A stretch of DNA of 64,000 nucleotides from contig JBQLZK010000011.1 in the NCBI GenBank assembly GCA_052168235.1, forward strand, positions 1 to 64,000, written 5' to 3'. The translations under genes and the position numbers were made by a program. Numbering within the stretch: position 1 is the stretch's first letter; each line of letters starts with the position of its first letter. Shown piece after piece: positions 29,087 to 37,738 of this stretch. Source of the stretch: Thainema sp. Its GTDB lineage: Bacteria > Cyanobacteriota > Cyanobacteriia > Phormidesmidales > Phormidesmidaceae. A model generated the notes under the pieces. It was not told the DNA's origin and made no database searches. It saw nothing but the letters and a program-made list of their open reading frames with translations.

Positions 29087-29782
29087 ATGATAATTCCATT
29101 TCGAGATCGCACCGCAGCGGGGCGGCAGCTTGCCAAGCATCTCCAATCCTACGCTCATCGTTCAGATGTATTGGTGTTAGGTTTACCGAGAGGCGGCATC
29201 CCGGTTGCCTTTGAGGTAGCTCAAGCTCTCCATGCTCCGCTGGATATCTGTCTGGTGCGCAAGCTGGGTGTACCGGGACACGCTGAATTGGCGATGGGAG
29301 CCATTGCCAGTGGTGGTGTCCGCATCCTGAACTATGAGATCATTAGTCGGCTGGGCATTACTGATAAAACCCTTGAAGCTGTCGCCGCCCGAGAGCTGCG
29401 GGAGTTGCAGCGGCGGGATCGGGTGTACCGGGGGGATCGCTCTCAGCCCCTCATCCGCGATCAAAGGGTAATTTTAGTAGATGACGGTATTGCCACTGGA
29501 GCTACTATCCGAGCTGCGATCGCAATTCTTAAATCCCAAGATCCCCGAGAGCTAATTGTGGCTGTTCCAGTCGCGCCCGAAGAGGTTTGCCAAATGCTCA
29601 TGGCTGCAGTCGATCGGGTCGTATGCGTAGCGACTCCATTCCCGTTTCATGCCATTGCTCTCTGGTACGAAGACTTTCGTCAAACATCTGATGCGGAAGT
29701 GTGCGATCGGCTAGCTTGGCAAGCGCAGGCCATCCAATCGAGTCAACAACCATCAACATTACTAGGGGCTAATTCACTATGA
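29087..29782 (+). CDS. Phosphoribosyltransferase family protein
   Basis: FRDRTAAG, LPRGG, VILVDDGIATGAT. Confidence 0.88.
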   Translation: MIIPFRDRTAAGRQLAKHLQSYAHRSDVLVLGLPRGGIPVAFEVAQALHAPLDICLVRKLGVPGHAELAMGAIASGGVRILNYEIISRLGITDKTLEAVAARELRELQRRDRVYRGDRSQPLIRDQRVILVDDGIATGATIRAAIAILKSQDPRELIVAVPVAPEEVCQMLMAAVDRVVCVATPFPFHAIALWYEDFRQTSDAEVCDRLAWQAQAIQSSQQPSTLLGANSL

Positions 29783-30108
29783 AACAGCACTACACCGAGC
29801 GTGACCCAAGAGTACGAGCGACTGCTGCAATTTGGGGGATTTCCATTGGCATGTTCGGCATTTGTATTCCTCTAGTTGCGATTACTAATACTGGACTACT
29901 GCTACCTGTTTTAGTGCTTTTAGGGGCTAGCGTTAGCACGTCTGCAATTTGGCTCGCTACTCGGCCACCGCAGTCAGAAAACAAACAACAGCTCAACCAA
30001 ACGGTTGCCCGATTAGAAGAACGAGTCAGAAACTTAGAGGCAATTTGTAGTAGTGCTGACTGGAATCTGCAACAGCCAATTCTTCCTAATAAAGCATCTG
30101 AAAAATAG
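29779..30108 (+). CDS. Two-TM hypothetical protein with coiled coil
   Basis: ATGA overlap; LEERVRNLEAI. Confidence 0.7.
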   Translation: MKQHYTERDPRVRATAAIWGISIGMFGICIPLVAITNTGLLLPVLVLLGASVSTSAIWLATRPPQSENKQQLNQTVARLEERVRNLEAICSSADWNLQQPILPNKASEK

Positions 30109-30496
30109 GTTGAATTTTAGAAACCCAGTTCCAGGCCAATATCCCAAATGGGATGGAGACGAAAAAAGCTGAGCAAACACCCCACTCCTGCAGTCCTTCA
30201 AATCTGCACACCGCGCAACAAGCTTGCAACGGCCATACACGTTCTGGGCAACTGCAACATCCATCTGCACTTGATCAAACACGCTGGTTTTGGGTCATAA
30301 TCTTTGAGATTGAAACTGCGATCGCACCTTTTCACCGGGCAATCTTAGCAATAGACCAACTAGCTCGACGCTTCACTCCTAATCGTCACCCTTACCAGCC
30401 TGCCCTGAGCTATTGGGTTCCTGCCCCACATTTTCGCCCCACTTTTAAAATCGCTTCAGGCAGGCTGTCCGAGCATTCCAACCATCATCGATTCAT

Positions 30497-30588
30497 TAGA
30501 TTTTATTGGAAATAAAGTTTTTGGGGTTGGAAATTGTTTTGTAGGGCGGCTCCGCCGCCCTACAAAACAATTTCCGATAAAGTCTATT
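30497..30588. mobile_element. ~90-bp MITE/REP-like hairpin element, copy 1
   Basis: 22-bp perfect stem GGAAATTGTTTTGTAGGGCGGC-TCC-GCCGCCCTACAAAACAATTTCC; second copy at 34645. Confidence 0.7.
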
Positions 30589-30823
30589 AATTGAGGTGTA
30601 TCTCCTATGCCCGTATATGCCCGTAGTCAATATTTCCCGTCGTCTATCGAGCAAAATCATTAGCGCTGATGTCCAGACAGATCAGCGTGGCTCCCCTCGT
30701 CCCCTAAAAACAGTGCTGGAGTCGTCGTCAAACCCAATGCCCAATGCGGTCTTATCCAGTTATGAATCAGCCGCTGCACGGTGATCGCTTGCTGCAATCA
30801 GACTTAGATCCTGGCATCGTGGT

Positions 30824-31909
30824 TTAATATTCGATATCCTTGTCATCCTTGCCGACAGTAGGAGAAGTAAGAAGAACGCTGGGCATGCCGGAACTCATCA
30901 ACTGTGCCAGCAATTGAGTTTCGGAAAATGACTCTAAGAGTAGAGTTTTGATCATTACCGTCAAAGGTAGAGCTAAAAAGGCACCAATGGGACCTAAAAT
31001 CCAAGCCCAAAATACCACTGCTAGAAAAGTCGCAATGGTGGAAAGATCAAGCCCTTTACCCAGATAGCGGGGAGCAATGGCAATGTCAAAAAAGTTGTTG
31101 ACCAAAGTATAGCCAGCAGCAAACAGCAGGGCCTTGCCAAAACCCAGTGTGAGTAAGGCAATCAGCGTGGGAGGAATTAGCGCAATGTAAAAGCCTATAT
31201 TGGGTATGAAATTGAATAGAAAGGAAAAAACGCCCCAGAGCACAGCAAAATCAACACCCAAAACCCACATCAGAATAATCTGTAAAAGAGCGGTGATTGC
31301 ACCTAACCAGCTCTTAATTAATAGGTAGGTGCTGATGCTGCTGGAGAAGTGGCTAAGCCGTACCAACATGGGACGATCGGCAGCTAGTCCGTGACGCAGG
31401 CGATCCGAAAAATTGGCAGCACTGGCCAGCATGTAAATAAAAATCAGCAGGGTAAACCCCACATTAGACACAGTATTGAGTAAAGCTGAAATAAAAGAAA
31501 TCAAGACTTGAAAAATACGCCCTGGTTGAAACCACTCCAAATCTCGAATATCTTGGGCCTGAACGCCGATGCTATCTAGCCACTCGATAAGCCCCGTCAG
31601 CTGGTCATCGATTAGGTTGCGGTAGGCAGGCAACTCTGCCGACAACTGAGAAAGAGATGCCGCCAGAAAGAAGATAAACACCAAGCCGACAGCAATTACT
31701 CCCAGTAGAACCAAGGTATAAGACAACCAGCCAGGTACCCTACGGGCTTTGAGCCACTGCATCAGTGGGCTGGTTACCATCACCACAAACAGGGACAGCA
31801 AAATAGGACTGAGCAGGCTTGAAATTGCTCTCATCCCGGCCACAATCAGAACCAGGCTGGCGAGGCTGACTAATAGCGGTGTAATATTACGTTTTTCCAT
31901 GACGATCAC
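30824..31909 (-). CDS. AI-2E family transporter
   Basis: LSPILLSLF, FAVLWG..FLFNFIPNIG, FWAWILGPIGAFLALPLT. Confidence 0.9.
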   Translation of the reverse strand: MIVMEKRNITPLLVSLASLVLIVAGMRAISSLLSPILLSLFVVMVTSPLMQWLKARRVPGWLSYTLVLLGVIAVGLVFIFFLAASLSQLSAELPAYRNLIDDQLTGLIEWLDSIGVQAQDIRDLEWFQPGRIFQVLISFISALLNTVSNVGFTLLIFIYMLASAANFSDRLRHGLAADRPMLVRLSHFSSSISTYLLIKSWLGAITALLQIILMWVLGVDFAVLWGVFSFLFNFIPNIGFYIALIPPTLIALLTLGFGKALLFAAGYTLVNNFFDIAIAPRYLGKGLDLSTIATFLAVVFWAWILGPIGAFLALPLTVMIKTLLLESFSETQLLAQLMSSGMPSVLLTSPTVGKDDKDIEY

Positions 31910-31924
31910 CGTCCCCTGAATTCA

Positions 31925-32349
31925 CTAGATTTGCCCGTAATCGTTTCGGTTCTCAGTTCCATTGGGGCCGTTCTTCATTAAGGTGGCGGCTGTACGGGCA
32001 ACTCGTGCTTGGGTTTGCACCATATAGGGACCACGCAGTCTACGGGTTGCGGCCAGCAGGAAAACTGATCCCATCAGAAAATCAAAGCTAGCGACGATGA
32101 GTAGGGCTTGTATCCAACTGTGGGTGAGGGTTTGGAGGAACAAAATGGAGATCACATGAAACAGCAGCCCAAAAAACGCCATGAGTCCCCCACCAATGGC
32201 GAGCAAAATCACGCCACTGGTGAGGCGTTTCTTTTCCATGCCGCTTCCCGCATGGCAATGTCCAGATGTACATCGACCAGTACAGTAGCAATGCGAATCA
32301 AGCGATCGGTATAGCTTTGGAACAAGCCAAACACTTCACTAACGACCAC
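31925..32349 (-). pseudogene. YqjE/phage-holin-family membrane protein, frameshifted
   Basis: GTG 32349 gives VVSEVFGLFQSYTDRLIRIATVLVDVHLDIAMREA; shifts near 32240 into EKKRLTSGVILL. Confidence 0.65.
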
Positions 32350-32470
32350 GGCTGCCTCCAAATAACAAGCCCAGACCAAGACCAATGCCGAACGCCGTTA
32401 ATAGGCTGTTTCCTACGTTGTTCTGAACCTTTTTAATTCCGGCAATATGTCTTTCTTGGATTGTTCAACG
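32339..32470 (-). pseudogene. C-terminal remnant of a DUF883/ElaB-like tail-anchored protein
   Basis: KKVQNNVGNSLLTAFGIGLGLGLLFGGSRGR*, stop overlaps the next GTG start; no start codon. Confidence 0.5.
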
Positions 32471-32485
32471 TAGTAGCGCGGTTCA

Positions 32486-32929
32486 TCATGTCTCAGCTGT
32501 TTCTTCGTCTAAGGGTGCCACGGTGATACTGTCGGCTACCATGCGTGCGTCAATCGCTTCTAAAACGGCAACCTCAGCCTCTTCGGCAGCGGCAGCGGCG
32601 AAGAGGAGGGCTGCTAACGCATATTCCTCCGCTCTATCGGCGCGCTTCAACAGTTTTTCCTGCTCTTTTTGCTCTTTCCATTCGGCAATGTCAGCCTCCA
32701 TCTCTACCTTTTTGGTTTCTAACCGTTGAGCTAGAGTTTCTTTCGCCGCCATTACCTCATCTTTTTTCGCGTCTACCTTCGCCCTAGCTTCTAGGAGTTT
32801 TGCCTTGATTGTACTCTCTGCATCTTTGGAAGCCGTTGTCAGTTTATCTTTGAGTTGCTTCAGATGCGCCTCAATCCCATTCAGTCGCTGGTTCAAATCG
32901 TTGGTGAACTGATCAATTTTTTGACTCAT
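32486..32929 (-). CDS. Coiled-coil hypothetical protein
   Basis: GAGG RBS; K/E/A-rich; RADRAEEYA...AVLEAIDAR. Confidence 0.75.
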   Translation of the reverse strand: MSQKIDQFTNDLNQRLNGIEAHLKQLKDKLTTASKDAESTIKAKLLEARAKVDAKKDEVMAAKETLAQRLETKKVEMEADIAEWKEQKEQEKLLKRADRAEEYALAALLFAAAAAEEAEVAVLEAIDARMVADSITVAPLDEETAET

Positions 32930-33003
32930 TGAAACCTCATTGTGAGTTGAAATTGGAACGTGATAAAGCTAGATTCGCCCGTTTGAATTTGAGCACAAAC
33001 TCT

Positions 33004-33555
33004 TTAAGCGACGCTTGCCAATTTGCCCTTAAACTGGCTCATGAACAGGTCATAGTAAAACCCTCTTTTTTGCATCAATTTATCATGAGACCCGATTTCG
33101 ATAATTTCGCCCGCCTTGAGTACGAGAATGCGATCGGCATTGCGAATCGTACTGAGTCGGTGAGCAATCACAAAACTGGTGCGTTCCTGCATCAGGCGAT
33201 CAAGGGCTTCCTGAATTTTTTGTTCGGTGCGGGTGTCTACGTTGCTGGTGGCTTCATCCAGAATGACCATGCGGGGATTTTGCACCATCATGCGGGCGAT
33301 GGTCAGAAGTTGTCGCTGACCCTGGCTCAAGTTGCTGCCGCGCTCTGTGAGCAGGGTGTCGTAGCCGTGGGGTAACCGCAAGATGAAGTCATGAGCATTG
33401 GCTTGTTTAGCAGCTTCAATGCAATCTTGCTCGGTGGCATCCAACCGGGCATAGCGGAGATTATTCGTGGCGATCGCCAGTAACCCCTGAGACACCCAAA
33501 AGGGCCGCTCATAGCCTTTGTAAATCGTGATAAATCGCCTGACATTCGGCAACAT
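33004..33555 (-). pseudogene. Internally deleted ABC exporter (N-terminal ~29 aa fused to NBD C-terminus)
   Basis: MLPNVRRFITIYKGYERPFWVSQGLLAIA joined to NNLRYA..LSQGQRQ..ILDEAT..AHRLST; Walker A and TMD missing. Confidence 0.8.
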
Positions 33556-33585
33556 AAGCGATGCTCCCCTGAAAAACTCCGCAAT

Positions 33586-34443
33586 CTATGCAGATTTATT
33601 GTTGGTGCTAAACCGGAACCAGATGATGAAAGCCGCGAGAATGAGGGCGATCGCCACCATCAAAAACATTTGGGTAACACCCGTTGTAAAAGCCGCTTGA
33701 TAGTTGCCCACCAATCCTTCCAATTGCTCAACGGGAATGGCGAATTGAGAAGCAATAGAAGGGGCATCGCTGCTCAGAACCTTTTTTAATAAATCCGTGG
33801 CTTGGTTGATTTGTTGTTCATTTAATCCGGCGGCATGCAGTTCGCCGAAGTAATAATTCCGTCCAAATGTTGTGACCAAAGCAACCGTGACCGCGATCCC
33901 CATCGCATTGCCAATTTGTGCGATCGCATTATTCGTTTCAGAGGCGACTCCGGCTAACGCAGGCGGTGCAGAACTCAGTAGCGAATTCATTCGGGGAACG
34001 TTCGCAATACTGTATCCTGCACCAAACAGCAGCATGGGCAGCAGCACTGTCCAGGTGGATAAGGTAGGGCTAACGAGCCGAGAAAAAAGAAAAAGCGCCA
34101 GAGCGCGAATATACGCTAATAGTTCCGGCTGCTGGATGGGTTTCTCTACGCAGGCATCTGCTCCAGCTTCTAGAGCTTGGACGCGATCGCGACTAGTAGA
34201 GGTATCAATCATGGGCAAAATTAGTACGGGGTTACCCACATCGCGTAGACGGTGGCACAGGCTGATGTCATCTAGCTTGGGCAATGTGGCCTCTAGCAAT
34301 ACTAAATCGTACATAAATGCCTGGAGTAATTCCCAAGCTTCTTTGCCGTCATCCGCTGGATCGATAATGAGATGATGGCGAGACAAATCCTGATGAAGGA
34401 TGTTTTGCAGCGACTGATTTGGGGAAACGAGCAGAATTCTCAT
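33586..34443 (-). pseudogene. Chimeric ORF: pseudo-receiver domain fused to C-terminal part of a DHA2-type MFS transporter
   Basis: MRILLV..YDLVLLE..GADACVEKP..ELLAYIRALA then LFLFS..GAGYSIA..AGVAS..QIGNAMGIA..AFTTG. Confidence 0.75.
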
Positions 34444-34644
34444 GGCCCAACATTTTTTGGTTCGCTAGAGGATATTTTTAAAGATACACGCATTTTTTAC
34501 CTTTGCATGTATGGTTACTGTTGAGAAAATAGGTAAATAGCTATAGACAAATACCCTGCTTGCCGCCGAATTAGAACAGAGGGAATTGACAAGCGGAGAT
34601 CGTCTAGAAAGGAAAGGTCTTACCTGGTTTCTTAATTTTTTAGA

Positions 34645-34738
34645 TAATAGACTTTATTGGAAATAAAGTTTTTGGGATTGGAAATTGTTTTGTAGCGCGG
34701 CGGAGCCGCGCTACAAAACAATTTCCGATAAAATTTAA
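34645..34738. mobile_element. ~90-bp MITE/REP-like hairpin element, copy 2
   Basis: GGAAATTGTTTTGTAGCGCGGC-GGA-GCCGCGCTACAAAACAATTTCC. Confidence 0.7.
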
Positions 34739-34768
34739 TAAAAAAGTTGTGCCTGGAGGTACAACAGG

Positions 34769-37687
34769 ATGACTTTCCACGGCATTAACAACGGCCATAC
34801 TAACCTCTGGAGCCTTTCCCAGAATGATGTCTACGCAGCGCTCCGGACATCACCATCAGGACTCAGTCAGGCTGAAGCCCGCCAGCGCTTAGCTCAGGAC
34901 GGCCCCAATGAACTGCCTGAGCCTCCCAGTCGTCTTTTGATATTGCGCTTGGCGGATCAGCTTACCCATTTTATGGCTCTGCTCCTGTGGGTTGCAGGTA
35001 TTTTGGCCTTCATTTCCCATACAGCAGCTTTGGGCTGGGCGATTTGGGCGGTCATTTTGATCAATGGGCTGTTTAGCTTTTGGCAGGAATACCAGGCCGA
35101 ACAAGCCTTAGCCGCCCTGAAGCAAATGCTGCCAGTGCAGGTGCGGGTAAAACGAGAGGGCCAGCTGATCACTCTGTCTGCCCGCGAACTGGTGCGAGGG
35201 GATGTGATGGTGCTGGAGGAAGGCGATCGCATCTCCGCCGATGCCCGCTTGGTGGAAGGAGAAGAGCTGATGATGGATGTCTCTGTGCTGACTGGGGAAT
35301 CTCTGCCCGTTGCCCGGAACCCTCATCCCGTCAGGCCTCGCCGCATGGCTACCATTCGTAATGCGGACACCGTTCTCTCCCACGGTGAAACTCCTCTCCA
35401 AGAGCGGGTCAGTCCCATAGAGGTGGCTAACCTGCTACTGGCCGGATCTAGCGTGGCGGCGGGTCGCGGCGTCGCGGTTGTCTACGCCACCGGAGCCCAA
35501 ACCGAGTTTGGCCATGTGGCTCACTTAACCACAGTGGTGAAACGAGAGCCTAGCACCCTGGAGGTGCAGGTCGCTCAGATTGTCCGATTGATTACTGCGA
35601 TCGCAGTTACGATGGGCCTCACGGTTTTTCTGCTGAGCTACTGGTTGATCGGCCTGGAACTGCAAGAAAGCTTCATTTTTGGCATCGGCATCATTGTTGC
35701 CAACGTGCCGGAAGGGTTACTGCCCATCGTCACCCTTTCCCTGGCCTTAGGGGTACAGCGTATGGCTCAGCGCCAAGCTCTGGTGCGGCGGCTGTCGTCG
35801 GTGGAAGCCCTCAGCGCCACAACCGTTATTTGCACCGACAAGACTGGCACCCTGACTAAAAACGAAATGACCGTCAAAGCCCTCTGGCTGCCGGGATTAC
35901 CAAATCCTAGCAGCACAGCTGAGGAACCCTCAGTGGTAGACGTGACCGGAGTTGGCTACGATCCCACGACAGGAGCCATCTGTTTTCCCGAAGCTGAGGC
36001 TTTACAGCATCAGGTGCAGCTGCTTCTGGCTGGATTAGCACTCTGCTCCAACGCTCGTCTAGTCCATCTGGAAGGCCCCAGCCGCTGGGAAGAAATTGGT
36101 GACCCTACCGAAGCCGCGTTGGTGGTGGCTGCCATCAAAGGAGGGCTGCACATGGAGCAACTGCTACTGCAAAACCCCCGTCAGCGGGAAGTGCCTTTCG
36201 ATTCTCGGCGTCGCTTAATGACCGTTGTGCTGGACTGGGCTTTACCCAGTCTCGGCGTGGAAACTGCTCCCTACTTGAGCTTCACCAAAGGTGCTCCCCT
36301 GGAGGTGCTACGCCACTGCCAAAGTATTCTAGACCAGGGACAGGTGCAGCCCTTTACCGCCATTGAACGGCAGCAGGTCATTACCATAAATGACACGCTA
36401 GCCCGTCAGGGATATCGCGTGTTAGGGTTGGCGGCAAGGCAGGGAGGTGAAGATTTGCTCAACCTGCGATCGCAAGATCTAGAACACCACCTCACCTTTA
36501 TTGGCTTGGTGGCAATGTACGACCCGCCCCGTCCAGAAGTGCCGGATGCCGTGTCAGCCTGCCATTCAGCAGGCATTGCTATCACCATGGTGACTGGCGA
36601 CTATGGCCTCACCGCAGAAGCCATTGCCCACCAAATTGGTCTGGTACAGGGCAAAGCTCGGGTAGTCACAGGCGACGGGATGACTCACTTGTCCGATGCT
36701 CAACTCAGGCAAATTCTCAAATACCGCCACAACCTGGTGTTTGCCCGTATGGCTCCGGAACACAAGCTGCGCCTGGTAAAAACCTACAAAGACCTAGGCC
36801 ACATCGTTGCAGTAACGGGCGACGGAGTGAATGATGCGCCCGCCCTGCGAGCAGCTAATATCGGCGTGGCCATGGGCCTCAACGGTACGGATGTGGCCCG
36901 AGAGGCCGCCGACATTGTGCTGATGGATGACAACTTTGCCACCATTGTTGTCGCCATTGAGCAGGGGCGAGCCGTCTACCAAAACATTCGCAAGTTTATG
37001 ACCTACATCCTGGCTTCTAACGTACCGGAGATTGTCCCCTTCCTGGCCATGGTGGTGTTCAAGATTCCCCCGGCTCTCACGATCATGCAGATTCTCGCCA
37101 TTGATCTGGGTACCGACATGATACCGGCGCTTTCCCTGGGAGCCGAACCACCGGAACCGGGACTGATGCGCCAGCCGCCCCGCGATCGCAACACGCCGCT
37201 CCTGAATCGAGGCTTACTGGCTCGGGCCTATGGCTTTTTAGGGGTGATTGAAGCGACCGCTGCCATGGTGGCTTTTGGGGCGGTATGGCAAGCCGCAGGC
37301 TATGGGTTTCCTGCCCTACAAGCGATTACTTCGCCCATTTTGACGGAGCGAGCCAGCCCTGAAGTGATGGAGATATTCCGCCAGGCCACCACCGCCACCC
37401 TGGTTGTCATTGTGGCCAGTCAGGTGGGTAATCTGTTTGCCTGTCGTTCAGAGTGGCGGTCGGCCTTTCGTCTGGGGCGACGGTTTAACCCCTTAATTGT
37501 GGTGGGTTTGGTGACCGAATGGGCTCTGGTGTTGGCCTTGCTGTATATTCCCGCTTTACAACGGATCTTTTCAACAACTCCGTTAGTTGGTTGGCAATGG
37601 GCCATGATCGCCACATGGCCTCTGGTGCTACTAGGGGCTGAGGAACTGCGTAAACAATGGTTTAAGCACCACGGCCAAACATCCTAA
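34769..37687 (+). CDS. Cation-transporting P-type ATPase (type II)
   Basis: LTGES, VPEGL, DKTGTLT, KGAP, TGDGVNDAPAL. Confidence 0.93.
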   Translation: MTFHGINNGHTNLWSLSQNDVYAALRTSPSGLSQAEARQRLAQDGPNELPEPPSRLLILRLADQLTHFMALLLWVAGILAFISHTAALGWAIWAVILINGLFSFWQEYQAEQALAALKQMLPVQVRVKREGQLITLSARELVRGDVMVLEEGDRISADARLVEGEELMMDVSVLTGESLPVARNPHPVRPRRMATIRNADTVLSHGETPLQERVSPIEVANLLLAGSSVAAGRGVAVVYATGAQTEFGHVAHLTTVVKREPSTLEVQVAQIVRLITAIAVTMGLTVFLLSYWLIGLELQESFIFGIGIIVANVPEGLLPIVTLSLALGVQRMAQRQALVRRLSSVEALSATTVICTDKTGTLTKNEMTVKALWLPGLPNPSSTAEEPSVVDVTGVGYDPTTGAICFPEAEALQHQVQLLLAGLALCSNARLVHLEGPSRWEEIGDPTEAALVVAAIKGGLHMEQLLLQNPRQREVPFDSRRRLMTVVLDWALPSLGVETAPYLSFTKGAPLEVLRHCQSILDQGQVQPFTAIERQQVITINDTLARQGYRVLGLAARQGGEDLLNLRSQDLEHHLTFIGLVAMYDPPRPEVPDAVSACHSAGIAITMVTGDYGLTAEAIAHQIGLVQGKARVVTGDGMTHLSDAQLRQILKYRHNLVFARMAPEHKLRLVKTYKDLGHIVAVTGDGVNDAPALRAANIGVAMGLNGTDVAREAADIVLMDDNFATIVVAIEQGRAVYQNIRKFMTYILASNVPEIVPFLAMVVFKIPPALTIMQILAIDLGTDMIPALSLGAEPPEPGLMRQPPRDRNTPLLNRGLLARAYGFLGVIEATAAMVAFGAVWQAAGYGFPALQAITSPILTERASPEVMEIFRQATTATLVVIVASQVGNLFACRSEWRSAFRLGRRFNPLIVVGLVTEWALVLALLYIPALQRIFSTTPLVGWQWAMIATWPLVLLGAEELRKQWFKHHGQTS

Positions 37688-37738
37688 TCCACTCCTCAGC
37701 GCTGACCTCATCTGTAGTACTGGCTTACAGAACTGGAA

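Noticed and set aside
30110..30496. ORF 30153-30515 or an IS remnant
   Set aside because: No recognisable protein or transposase motif in the frames read.
32929..33375. Antisense and alternative-frame ORFs here and elsewhere (e.g. 46973-47914, 61304-61969)
   Set aside because: Shadow ORFs of well-supported genes.
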